A stretch of DNA of 64,000 bases, taken from the NCBI GenBank assembly GCA_041740815.1, contig JBGSLG010000192.1, positions 382 to 64,381 of the forward strand, read 5' to 3'. This DNA comes from Bacteroidales bacterium. Its GTDB lineage: Bacteria > Bacteroidota > Bacteroidia > Bacteroidales > VadinHA17. This document shows, in pieces, positions 17,782-27,392 of this stretch. The translations under genes were made by a program, and so were the position numbers. The notes under the pieces are model-generated. The model saw nothing but the letters and a program-made list of their open reading frames with translations. It did not search any database and was not told the origin of the DNA. Numbering within the stretch: position 1 is the stretch's first letter; every line of letters starts with the position of its first letter.

Positions 17782-20109
17782 ATGAAAAAGAGACTGTTAT
17801 TCCCGGCTCTGGCAGCCATGTTTGTCCTCACTCTGTCCGGATGCACCACCGGCAATGGCGATCATGCCTATGAACCGTTTTCGGTAATCCCAATGCCTGT
17901 ATCTATGAAGGCAGGGGAGGGGGAGTTTCTGCTCAGCGCAGAGACGGGAATATTCATGGATCCCACATTTGTGGACACAGGTACCTTAGTGGAGATGTTC
18001 AACGGGTTCCTTGGTAAGCATTATGAAAAGATACAGACCAGTCAACTGCAGGAGATAAGAGCTGACAATATTATACAGGTAATACATGACAGCCTGCTTG
18101 CCTCTCCCGAGGCCTATAATCTTACGGTGGCAGGTGACGCTATCACCATTGTAGCCGGTGATGACGCCGGACTCTTTTATGCTTTCCAGACACTTATGCA
18201 GCTGGTGTGGCCCTCGCAGAAAGAGACCGGAGGAGAGATAGCAATACCCGGTGTGATTATCACTGACAGCCCACAGTATACCTGGCGCGGAATGCATCTC
18301 GACGTAGCCAGGCATTTTTTCCCGAAGGAATTCATCTTTAAGATGCTTGACGCTATGGCGATGCATAAGCTCAATACATTTCACTGGCATCTGACAGATG
18401 ACCAGGGATGGAGGATTGAGATAAAAAAGTATCCGGAGCTGACCTCCGTCGGGGCATGGAGGGATGAGACTCTCATCGGTCACGGCAGCGAGACACCATG
18501 GGTCTATGACGGCACAAGGTACGGCGGGTTTTATACTCAGGAGGATGTCCGCGAGGTGGTGGAGTACGCCCGCAGGCTTCATATCAACGTACTCCCCGAG
18601 ATAGAGATGCCGGGTCATGCCGTGGCAGCCCTGCAGGCCTATCCTGAGCTGTCATGCGGCGGGGATCCGGTGCCGCCCTTCAACAGGTGGGGAGTATCTG
18701 AAGATGTCTTTTGCGCAGGCCGGGAGGAGACTTTTGAACTCCTGTCAGGGGTGCTCGAAGAGGTGGCTGAGCTATTCCCGTATGAGTACATACATATCGG
18801 CGGCGATGAATGTCCAAAGGTGAGATGGGAAGCATGCCCTCTTTGTCAGAAGAGGATTGCTGACAACAACCTTAAGGATGAGCATAAGTTGCAGAGTTAC
18901 TTCGTGAAACGTATGGAATCTTTCCTGGCTACCAAAGGAAAAAAGATCATCGGCTGGGATGAGATACTTGAAGGAGGCATAGCCGAGAACGCAGCCGTGA
19001 TGTCGTGGCGCGGGCATGAGGGAGGCATCCAGGCAGCCAACATGGGTCATGATGTTGTAATGACACCGCACTCATTCGTATATCTCGACTACTACCAGTC
19101 GAAATATAATGAGCCCCTGGCAATCGGCGGTATGCTTGATATGAAGAAGGTCTATTCAATCGATATCATGCCCACTGAGATTGCAGAGGACAAACGGCAT
19201 CACATAATTGGTGCCCAGTCAAACGTCTGGACGGAGTACATGGGTGACGGGAGGCATGTTGAGTATATGGTCTTCCCGCGGCTTGCTGCCCTGGCAGAGG
19301 CACTCTGGACTCCGCGTGAGAAACTTGACTATGATGGTTTTACGCAGCGCATGGCAGCCCATTATGCAAGGTATGACGCAATGAACATAAACTATAGGGT
19401 GCCATACGCGTCAGGATATGAAGCCATAAACCTTGTTACGGAAGGAAGTATGTCAGTGGAGCTCTCAAACGGCATCCCGGGCTCGGAAATATATTACACC
19501 ACAGACGGCAGTGAACCGGATGCCACGTCAGATCTCTACAGCGGGCCGCTGACTCTTGAACCGCAGACGGACCTGCTTCTCAAATCTGTCACGGTTATGC
19601 CGGGAGGCAGGAAGAGTGCAGTTATGACCGGCATTTTCAGGAAATCGGAGCTGAAGGAAGCTCTCAGGACTGATACTGCAAACCTTCAGCAGGGTTTGCG
19701 CTTCAGCCTGTACAGGGGAGAATTTAATTCATCGGAGGAGATGGAGGGCATGGCCGATACGACGGGCACAGTTCCCGTGGTCAGGATCCCGGCAGGATCC
19801 CCTTCAGAAAACTTCGGACTGGTGCTGGAGGGATACATCATGATCCCCGCTGACGGAGTATACTCATTTTACACAGGCTCCGACGACGGCGTCAGGGTCT
19901 TTATTGACGATGAGCTGACAGTTGACGGCGATGAGCTTCACCACGGCATTACAAACGAAGGCCGGGCTGCGCTCAGGGCAGGATTGCACCGGATAACCGT
20001 CCGCTATTTCCAACGGCTTTACCGGCAGAGCCTGAACATGAGCTGGGAAGGACCCGGTGTTACAAGGCAGGCAGTCCCCGAATCATCACTTTTACATCAA
20101 CCGGAATAG
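17782..20109 (+). CDS. GH20 beta-N-acetylhexosaminidase with C-terminal PA14 domain
   Basis: Lipobox LTLSGC. GH20 motifs are WRGMHLDVARHF, NTFHWHLTDDQGWR, PEIEMPGH and YIHIGGDECPK. The C-terminus from about 19744 is PA14-like (LEGYIMIPADGVYSFYTGSDDGVRVFIDD). Confidence 0.9.
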   Translation: MKKRLLFPALAAMFVLTLSGCTTGNGDHAYEPFSVIPMPVSMKAGEGEFLLSAETGIFMDPTFVDTGTLVEMFNGFLGKHYEKIQTSQLQEIRADNIIQVIHDSLLASPEAYNLTVAGDAITIVAGDDAGLFYAFQTLMQLVWPSQKETGGEIAIPGVIITDSPQYTWRGMHLDVARHFFPKEFIFKMLDAMAMHKLNTFHWHLTDDQGWRIEIKKYPELTSVGAWRDETLIGHGSETPWVYDGTRYGGFYTQEDVREVVEYARRLHINVLPEIEMPGHAVAALQAYPELSCGGDPVPPFNRWGVSEDVFCAGREETFELLSGVLEEVAELFPYEYIHIGGDECPKVRWEACPLCQKRIADNNLKDEHKLQSYFVKRMESFLATKGKKIIGWDEILEGGIAENAAVMSWRGHEGGIQAANMGHDVVMTPHSFVYLDYYQSKYNEPLAIGGMLDMKKVYSIDIMPTEIAEDKRHHIIGAQSNVWTEYMGDGRHVEYMVFPRLAALAEALWTPREKLDYDGFTQRMAAHYARYDAMNINYRVPYASGYEAINLVTEGSMSVELSNGIPGSEIYYTTDGSEPDATSDLYSGPLTLEPQTDLLLKSVTVMPGGRKSAVMTGIFRKSELKEALRTDTANLQQGLRFSLYRGEFNSSEEMEGMADTTGTVPVVRIPAGSPSENFGLVLEGYIMIPADGVYSFYTGSDDGVRVFIDDELTVDGDELHHGITNEGRAALRAGLHRITVRYFQRLYRQSLNMSWEGPGVTRQAVPESSLLHQPE

Positions 20110-20128
20110 CTGACTGCCAGGGATTGTT

Positions 20129-20148
20129 GGGGATTTTTACTTTTCCCT
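20129..20148. repeat. Right copy of the exact 20-nt direct repeat GGGGATTTTTACTTTTCCCT
   Basis: Identical to 2319-2338. It covers, in the same register, the last 3 codons (REK), the TAA stop and 8 nt of 3' flank of the lipoprotein gene 20137-21039. Confidence 0.95.
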
Positions 20149-21039
20149 GTTCATGAATGCATTCCAGACCTCCCCGGTAACCTTTCTCTCCTCAAGCATC
20201 CGGTCAACGATGCCAAGGTTGTGAGCGGCTTTTCTGGCAAGCCCCGTACCCGCGTCAGCAGCCAGTTGCCGGAGTGGCTCGAGGGCATCCTCAGGGCGCC
20301 CGGCAAGTATTGAATTGCTTGTCGCCTTAAGCTGACCACCGGTATAGAGCAGTTCGGTAAAATTCTCAGTGAAAGGATAGTACTTTCCCATGCAGTCCCT
20401 GGCGGATTCTTCCGACAGCGACCTGATCAGGCCATGCCTGCCCGCCAGAGTAGGCCCTCCGATCATGCCGAAGATTGTATATTTCGATTTAACATAGGTA
20501 TATTTTTCTCCTGCACACCTGTCAATAACCTCTCCTTCTGAAGTGTAAATCGTGATGTAAGTATTGGAGAAGAGATAGAAGTCCTTGGTAAGCATTGCAT
20601 CACCCTCATCATCCTCCTCAAGGGAGATCTCCGATTCAATCCATAATCTGATTGAGTCAAGAGCCACCAGCAATCCGGCGTCCTGTTCACGGCATATTGC
20701 CTTTACGGTGTCAGCGAATTCAGGCGCCTGCATTCCCATTACTGTGAACCCGTCCCTCAGTGTATCAGCAATCAGAAATGAGGCCCCCGGATCCTTCAAC
20801 ACCAATTCTCCAAGACCTGCAGCATAACCGTTCACCGCCGCAGCATAGGCGCCCTCATGCTTGTCCTTTATGAATTCGGGTATCCGGTAATCGTAGAAAT
20901 TCACGAATGCAAACTTCTTAAGCTCCGAAGAGAGGACTTGTTCAGGAGGGTAAGTCTTCTGTAACTGGATGGGGGCCGTGCACGATGATGCCAGCGCAAT
21001 GAATAAGATCAGAGACAGTGGCGGAAATACCTGTTTCAT
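20137..21039 (-). CDS. Hypothetical lipoprotein
   Basis: The ORF track gives 20137-21078. I prefer the internal start MKQVFPPLSLILFIALASSC (signal plus lipobox). No family motif recognised. Confidence 0.6.
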   Translation of the reverse strand: MKQVFPPLSLILFIALASSCTAPIQLQKTYPPEQVLSSELKKFAFVNFYDYRIPEFIKDKHEGAYAAAVNGYAAGLGELVLKDPGASFLIADTLRDGFTVMGMQAPEFADTVKAICREQDAGLLVALDSIRLWIESEISLEEDDEGDAMLTKDFYLFSNTYITIYTSEGEVIDRCAGEKYTYVKSKYTIFGMIGGPTLAGRHGLIRSLSEESARDCMGKYYPFTENFTELLYTGGQLKATSNSILAGRPEDALEPLRQLAADAGTGLARKAAHNLGIVDRMLEERKVTGEVWNAFMNREK

Positions 21040-21103
21040 TTTCAGTGATTTTGGTTCAGAACCTGTTACTGAAACCAAAGTTATGCTAAAAAGTCCGACA
21101 TCA

Positions 21104-21142
21104 GAAAAAAAGGGGTGTTCACCGTCAAATGGCGAACACCCC
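21104..21142 (-). terminator. Rho-independent terminator candidate after the BACON-domain gene
   Basis: GGGGTGTTC (21112-21120) pairs with GAACACCCC (21134-21142) around a 13-nt loop. On the minus strand it is followed by a T8 run (A-run 21104-21111). Confidence 0.6.
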
Positions 21143-21169
21143 TGATCTCAAAAACTAACTCTGTAAACT

Positions 21170-22414
21170 CTATAAAACTATCTCGACCTTTATGTCATCG
21201 AGGAAGATTCGGTTTTTGCCGGCACCAACCCCAACCAGGTAGTAGTCATAACCCAGGAACATGATCTGGGTCGCTGAGGTTGCTCCGGTGATTGTGAACG
21301 TACGGGTAGCCACCGGATCGCTCCACATGCCGGTGCAATAGTCGAGGACAGCCCCCGCATCAGCAGGATAGACAGGCCAGTTATCAATTATGAACTGGCT
21401 CTGGCTAATTGTCCCAGGTCCTATTACGCTGACTTTAAGAATATTGTCATCCATTGTGCCTGTGGCAGTCATGTAGGGGATTGCCTTGAAGGTAACATGC
21501 AGGTCTACTGTTCCAACGATCTTACTCAGCACGGGAGAGATGAGGTCACCGCCGTAGCCTGTCTTCCCAAGCTTCACGAATCCCTGCCGGGCATAGAGCA
21601 GCGGAGTGGTACCGCTTCCTGCTGTTGTATTGACAGTGGTAGTCCATCCCTTGTCCTTCTGCTCCTGTGTCCAGTTGTCGTAACGGGTTTCACCTGTGGT
21701 TGTGTAGAACACAGCGTTTCCATATGCCAGCCAGCTGAAGTTTTCCTCAAGGACGACCGTTCCCGGCGACTGAGTAAGGACCACGGTGGCGATGGTAGTG
21801 GGGTAGGCAACCGCCGTCAGTGTCAGTGTCACCTCGCGCGGGTCAATGCTGGTGTTCTCTTCTGCCACGAAAGTGATCTTCTGGGTAGTGACAGACTGTT
21901 CCTGCAGCCATGAATCGTCGCTCAGGGTAGCACCCCATGCCACGTTTGAAACCACGTCGACGGAGAACTCTCCGCCACCGGCAGGTATAGTCACTGCGGC
22001 AGGCAGTGTGATGTAAGGCACGTTTCCCGCCTGGTCAACACGAAAGAGAACGGGCTGTTCTTTGCCGTCAACAATGAATGCATAGTTGGCTATGCGGGCG
22101 TCAAAGGTCTCATTGGCACTGACGATAATCTTGAAGATGCCGTCTGCCTCACCCTTTTCAGGGAAGACCTTGATCCATCCGGCCTCCTCTTTTTCAATAA
22201 TCTCCCATGCTTTATTTGACCGAACCACATAACTCTGTGTCTTGGCGGCCTTCGTAACTGTCAGGCCGGTAGGGCTTCCCTCGATGGAGAAGAAGGGATC
22301 CTCAGGCACTATCTTCTCCTCGCACGAGGTGAAAAGGAATGCGGTAAGGAGGAACAGAGGGATGAACCTCAGCGCCCTGTTCCGTAATCTCAATGTTTTA
22401 TCTTTTTTCATCAC
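21170..22414 (-). CDS. BACON-domain surface lipoprotein (candidate substrate-binding protein of locus 2)
   Basis: Lipobox LFTSC. Two Ig-like BACON-type segments are present (YVVRSNKAWEIIEKEEAGWIKV and FSVDVVSNVAWGATLSDDSWLQ), plus a C-terminal beta-rich domain of about 200 aa. It lies directly downstream of susD. Confidence 0.6.
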   Translation of the reverse strand: MMKKDKTLRLRNRALRFIPLFLLTAFLFTSCEEKIVPEDPFFSIEGSPTGLTVTKAAKTQSYVVRSNKAWEIIEKEEAGWIKVFPEKGEADGIFKIIVSANETFDARIANYAFIVDGKEQPVLFRVDQAGNVPYITLPAAVTIPAGGGEFSVDVVSNVAWGATLSDDSWLQEQSVTTQKITFVAEENTSIDPREVTLTLTAVAYPTTIATVVLTQSPGTVVLEENFSWLAYGNAVFYTTTGETRYDNWTQEQKDKGWTTTVNTTAGSGTTPLLYARQGFVKLGKTGYGGDLISPVLSKIVGTVDLHVTFKAIPYMTATGTMDDNILKVSVIGPGTISQSQFIIDNWPVYPADAGAVLDYCTGMWSDPVATRTFTITGATSATQIMFLGYDYYLVGVGAGKNRIFLDDIKVEIVL

Positions 22415-22430
22415 TTGACTTTTTTGCTTG

Positions 22431-24008
22431 TTATTTACCTCCGGTGATTGCCTCTTTGCTCCACCATACCGGTGTCTTCATATCATTCTCACCACCCATT
22501 TCCTGAAGCGCTGCAGAAGCGTTCGCCCCGTTGGTAAGCATGGTGATGTTCGGGTAACCGAAGCGTGTCGGAAGGATATTGTCATTATAGGTAGTTCCCT
22601 CTCCGATAGTCAGTACAGGGTATCCGGTGCGGCGGTACTCATGGTATGCCTCCATACCCACCCAGAAGAGAGCGAGGTATTTCTGGTTGCCGAGGAATTC
22701 CTCCTTGTTTGCTGCAAGATCCCATGAGCCGAGAGGTGAAGCAAGATAGGTATCAATCTCGGCTGATGTTATTGTAATGGCGGGATCAGAGAATGCTCCC
22801 TGTTCCGACCATTTCTGCATTGATGCCCTTAGGCCGGCCTCATAGTAGCTCTTGGCAGCAGCCTGTCCGCCTGTGATCTGGCCCTTCAGGGCAGCCTCGG
22901 CCAATATGAACTGTATCTCTGCATAATCCATGTAGAATGCCGGAGCATCTCTCCTGCAAAATACCTTGAAATTGAGCCATGAGGTACCCCTGTCCACTTC
23001 GCTTCTGAGAATATCCGTGACTCCTGATACGGTTCCCTTCCAGATGTTGGTAGGGTTGACCTGTGCATTCGGGTTCTTCTTGCCGATGATTGGCAGGCGC
23101 GGGTCCACATAGACCTGGTTGCCGTTGACATCGCTCTGCACGGTCATCTTTATCAGCTGTTCGGTAAGCTTCCTTCCGCTGGAGGTAAACTCGCTCTCGG
23201 TTGTAACCCCGAAGTTGCTGATGTATGGGTCGGTGCCGGAGAACTTTACCGTGGCATTGTCAGCGTTGGATGTGAATACCGGGTATTTGGCCGTGTTATT
23301 TAATATTTCAGCCATCTTAACGCCCACATTCATTTCAGTGCGTCCGCTTACCCTGCTCAGCAATCTGAGATATAGAGAGTTGTTGAACTTCCTCCAGGCC
23401 TCCATATTGCCCCCGTACATGCCATCCATTGAAGGATTGAGAAATACCGGGTTCTCTGCATAGATGTCATTGGCTTTCTCAAGATCGATGAATAAAAATT
23501 CGTAGACTTCCTTCTGCGTGTTGAACGCAGGAGTGAGGGTTCCGCCAGGCTTCCTTGCGGTAAATGCCTCCTCGTATGGTACACTCCCGAACATGTCGGT
23601 CATATTTGCATAGAAGAGCACCTTGAAGGTAAGGGCAATGGCCTCAAGCGATCTGTCTCCGTGTTCTATTGACAGTTCATACATGTGGTCAATGTTCCTG
23701 CCGTAGGTGGCATAGTGGTTCCAGAAGCCGTACCAGTCTCTAGAATCCTCAAGGAAGTACTGATGTTCCCTGCGGGTGACACCGCCCGTGAAGGCAGTGA
23801 ACTGAATAAGCTCATTGTTGTAGTAGTGTGTGCGGTTCAGCCAGTTGTTGGCTGAATTGTAGAGTATGGGTTCGAACAAGCCCGAGGGCTGTATCATACC
23901 CACGAGGGTCCTGTTTGGATTTGTGTTTATCTCCTCGAAGTTGCCGGTGCAGGAGTAGAGTGATCCGAGAACAAGCCCGCAGATGATTAATATTTTCAGT
24001 TTTTTCAT
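22431..24008 (-). CDS. susD: SusD-like (SusD_like_2 type) nutrient-binding lipoprotein
   Basis: Lipobox LGSLYSC followed by the characteristic TGNFEEINTNPN. It is helical and 525 aa, 18 bp after susC. Confidence 0.85.
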   Translation of the reverse strand: MKKLKILIICGLVLGSLYSCTGNFEEINTNPNRTLVGMIQPSGLFEPILYNSANNWLNRTHYYNNELIQFTAFTGGVTRREHQYFLEDSRDWYGFWNHYATYGRNIDHMYELSIEHGDRSLEAIALTFKVLFYANMTDMFGSVPYEEAFTARKPGGTLTPAFNTQKEVYEFLFIDLEKANDIYAENPVFLNPSMDGMYGGNMEAWRKFNNSLYLRLLSRVSGRTEMNVGVKMAEILNNTAKYPVFTSNADNATVKFSGTDPYISNFGVTTESEFTSSGRKLTEQLIKMTVQSDVNGNQVYVDPRLPIIGKKNPNAQVNPTNIWKGTVSGVTDILRSEVDRGTSWLNFKVFCRRDAPAFYMDYAEIQFILAEAALKGQITGGQAAAKSYYEAGLRASMQKWSEQGAFSDPAITITSAEIDTYLASPLGSWDLAANKEEFLGNQKYLALFWVGMEAYHEYRRTGYPVLTIGEGTTYNDNILPTRFGYPNITMLTNGANASAALQEMGGENDMKTPVWWSKEAITGGK

Positions 24009-24026
24009 TTGTCGCCTGTTTATTTA

Positions 24027-27000
24027 TTAGAATGTAAGTCTCAGGTTCATGCCTAATGTGCGTGTCATCGGATATGAGCCTGCCTCTATGCCGTTGAAGA
24101 CATTGGTGCCGGTCATCATACCGCCTTCGGGGTCAAACTGGGGCCACTTGTCCCAGCTGAAGATGTTTGTCGCAAACACAGCGATGCTTGCTCCCTGAAG
24201 TACCTTTGTCTTCTCGCAGAGCGATGAGGGCAGTGCGTACTCGAGACGTGCCTCCTTGAATTTCAGGAAGGATGTTTCGAATGTATGGGCTTCACCGTTG
24301 TAGCGGTCAAGTACCCTGGCCTGGTAGTAGGTATAGATGCTGTTTGTAACTGTATTGTTTGGCTGGCAGACAGCTGTGCCGTCTTCATTTGTCGAGAGCA
24401 CGTTGACGCCCTCTGCAACGATACCGTCATAGCGTCCCTCAAGTGAGTTGGCAAGCTTACCCTGGTAGGAGAGAATACCGTTTGTCACCGAGAACCTGTT
24501 ACCACCCATCTGATATGAGAAGAGTGCACTGAACGAAAGGTTTTTGTACCTGAGTGAGGTGCTGAAACCGCCCCTCCAGTCGGGGTTTACCTTGCCGAGG
24601 AAATGGTCGGCGGTTGACTCAACCGAGGGCAGACCTGTGGTTGCATCAAGGATCACCTGCCCGGAGCAGTCTACCTGGTTCCCGTTGGTGTCAGTGTAAT
24701 ATGAACCCTCCGGCGCTCTCTTGAGAGCGAAACCGTAGAGCTGATGCATCTCCTGCCCGACGTATGAATAGACATGAAGCCTTCCGCCGATTGTCGTTCC
24801 CATGTCGGTCTCTATAGGCTGTGTCGGGTCAATCCTCTCATGCAGGCTTACAAGTGTGTTCTTGTTTTTTGCCCAGTTAAGGCTGATGTCCCAACTGAAG
24901 TCGCTTGTCTTTACCGGTGTTGCATACATTGATATTTCTATGCCCTTGTTGTTGATCTCACCGGCGTTGATATTCATACCTCCCGCTCCGGCTATCGGAT
25001 CGATATCAAGGGAAATAATCTGGTTGGTTGTTGATGAGTTGTATAGTGCAATATCCAGTCCAAGACGGTTCCTGAAGAACTTGGTGTCGAGACCCAGCTC
25101 CCAGCTCTCCACGTTCTCGGGTTTGATCATCGGGTCAGGTATGACTGACGGAAGTGTATAACCTCCGCTGATTGATGCTGCCGAGTAGTACTGGTCAAGC
25201 GAATAGGGGCCGGTGTCATTACCCACGTTGGCCCATGAGAGACGCAGCTTTGCCAGGGAGATTGCCGGCAGGCTGGTGCGCAGGTCGAACATCTGGTCAA
25301 CAAGGACGCTTAGGGCCACTGAGGGATAGAAGTATGACCAGTTGCCCCTGGCCAGTGTGCTGGACCAGTCGTTGCGGCCCGTAATGTCAAGGTAAAAAGT
25401 GTCATCCCATCCGAGGGTGGTGAATCCGTAGAGGCTGTTGACCATCTTGTAGCTCCTGTAGCTTGAAGGATCAGGATAGATACCTGTCGGGACGTTTGCA
25501 ATATGATAAACGCCGTCAATGTCAAGCTCATCAAGCTGCACGCCGGTGCTCCTGTAGTGGTAGCTCATGTTGTTACCCCCGAAGGCAGTGGTGGTGGTAA
25601 GCCTTCCACCAAGGAAGTTGCGTTGATACCGCAGAAGGAAGTCACTGTTGGCTTCGAAGTTGGTAAAGCCCTGTTCGCGGTAGAATCCGTTTTCCCATCC
25701 GAAGGTCATCTTGGGTTTCCTCTGGGTGCGGAACTCGTTACTGAAGTCCATACCAGTCCTGAGATCAAGGGTGAGCCCCTTGGCCACGTTGATTGTGAAG
25801 CCCACGGTCCCGAAGACCCTGTCCTTGTCGGTTGAGTTGAGCTCCTCGTACAGTACCCTGTAGGGGTTGTATGAGCCGGTACCTGCGAAGACAAGACTGT
25901 TGCCGCCCTCTGAGATTGTGGCATTACGGTTGATTGAAGTGAACCTGCCCTCAAAGTACTCGTTCCTCCAGTCGCTCATTGAATTCGAGTTATAGCCCCA
26001 CATCAGGTCATACATGACCGTGGTCTGGTGATACCCGGCCATCGGCATGTTGTCACTGTCAGTGTGGTAGTAGTTCACCTTCGTCTTGAACTCGATCCAT
26101 TTATTGACCGGGGTCTCAAACGAAAATGCGTATGCCTGTTTCTCGAACCCGGTGTTGGGAAGAATCCATTTGTTGCGGGTATCGGTTACCGAGAAGCGTA
26201 TGTTCTGACCTTCGCCGTTGCTGCCGCTGATGGCCACAGAGTTGTTGTATGTCACGCCATTCTGGAAGATGCCTGTGAACCAGTCGTCCTTGTATACGAA
26301 CGGGGTTTTGACGATTTCGCCGGTCTCCCAGTTCTTTCCCTCATACTGGTAGCGGAGCTTGTCTGCGCTGAACTCCTCCCCCCATGCATAGCGCGAGATG
26401 TTTCTCGGGGGATAGTCAGTTGTACCGACCAGGCTGGGGTCAAGTGTCCAGAAGTTGTATTCTTCGATTCCCATGTCTGAGCCCGATCCGAATTGAGTCT
26501 GGAAATCGGGCCAGTATCCAGCCTTCTCCACCACCACGGATGAGTTGACGGTGACGCCTATACCTTTGGATTTGCGTCCGGACTTCGTTGTTATGACGAT
26601 GGCGCCGTTGGCTGCCCGCGATCCGTAGAGCGCTGTTGCGGCCGGACCCTTAAGCACAGACACCGATTCAATGTCCTCGGGGTTGATGTCACTGGCACCG
26701 TTGCCGTAGTCAACGGGGAAGTCGGATCCGGAGTTGGTATAACTGCTGCTTGATGATGTAGCCGTTGTTCCTGATCTGACAGGGACTCCGTCAATTATGA
26801 AGAGAGCCTCGTTTTTGCCGTAGTTAAGTGAGGCGTCGCCGCGGAGGGTCACACGCATTGAGCTTATCGGGCCTGAGCTGGCACTGTTGAATGTAAGACC
26901 TGCCACCTTGCCTGCCATACCGTTGAGCCAGTTGGTAGCAACCACCTGGGTCAGTTCTTCGCCGCCCACCCGGCTTACAGCATATCCTAGCGATTTCTCC

Positions 27001-27359
27001 TCACGTGTAAGGCCAAGAGCCGTCACAACTACTGCTGACACCTCTATCGCCTCTTCCTGAAGAGTAACGTTTATAACACTCATGGTACCGACAGGTATCT
27101 CCTGCTTCACATATCCAAGGAACTGCACCTCAATGACAGGGTTGGTCCCCGTCACCCTGATGGAATAAGCACCATTACTGTCGGTGCTTGTACCCATGGC
27201 AGTGCCCTGGAGCACAACGGTAGCACCGAACACCGGGGTGACACCGTCAGGCTCAAACACTTTACCTGTCACCTGCCTCTCCTGAGCCATCACCGGCAAC
27301 ATGACCAGTGCCATCAGGAATGTGGCAAGAACAATCTTAAGAGCTGGTTTGAATTTCAT
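24027..27359 (-). CDS. susC: SusC/RagA-family TonB-dependent transporter (no STN domain)
   Basis: 1110 aa. N-domain VTGKVFEPDGVTPVFGATVVLQGTAMGTSTDSNGAY; plug ALFIIDGVP and IESVSVLKGPAATALYGSRAANGAIVITTKSG; barrel ending LRLTF. Confidence 0.95.
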   Translation of the reverse strand: MKFKPALKIVLATFLMALVMLPVMAQERQVTGKVFEPDGVTPVFGATVVLQGTAMGTSTDSNGAYSIRVTGTNPVIEVQFLGYVKQEIPVGTMSVINVTLQEEAIEVSAVVVTALGLTREEKSLGYAVSRVGGEELTQVVATNWLNGMAGKVAGLTFNSASSGPISSMRVTLRGDASLNYGKNEALFIIDGVPVRSGTTATSSSSSYTNSGSDFPVDYGNGASDINPEDIESVSVLKGPAATALYGSRAANGAIVITTKSGRKSKGIGVTVNSSVVVEKAGYWPDFQTQFGSGSDMGIEEYNFWTLDPSLVGTTDYPPRNISRYAWGEEFSADKLRYQYEGKNWETGEIVKTPFVYKDDWFTGIFQNGVTYNNSVAISGSNGEGQNIRFSVTDTRNKWILPNTGFEKQAYAFSFETPVNKWIEFKTKVNYYHTDSDNMPMAGYHQTTVMYDLMWGYNSNSMSDWRNEYFEGRFTSINRNATISEGGNSLVFAGTGSYNPYRVLYEELNSTDKDRVFGTVGFTINVAKGLTLDLRTGMDFSNEFRTQRKPKMTFGWENGFYREQGFTNFEANSDFLLRYQRNFLGGRLTTTTAFGGNNMSYHYRSTGVQLDELDIDGVYHIANVPTGIYPDPSSYRSYKMVNSLYGFTTLGWDDTFYLDITGRNDWSSTLARGNWSYFYPSVALSVLVDQMFDLRTSLPAISLAKLRLSWANVGNDTGPYSLDQYYSAASISGGYTLPSVIPDPMIKPENVESWELGLDTKFFRNRLGLDIALYNSSTTNQIISLDIDPIAGAGGMNINAGEINNKGIEISMYATPVKTSDFSWDISLNWAKNKNTLVSLHERIDPTQPIETDMGTTIGGRLHVYSYVGQEMHQLYGFALKRAPEGSYYTDTNGNQVDCSGQVILDATTGLPSVESTADHFLGKVNPDWRGGFSTSLRYKNLSFSALFSYQMGGNRFSVTNGILSYQGKLANSLEGRYDGIVAEGVNVLSTNEDGTAVCQPNNTVTNSIYTYYQARVLDRYNGEAHTFETSFLKFKEARLEYALPSSLCEKTKVLQGASIAVFATNIFSWDKWPQFDPEGGMMTGTNVFNGIEAGSYPMTRTLGMNLRLTF

Positions 27360-27392
27360 AGGTTAGTTGGTTTTAAGTTATTTATATTTAGG

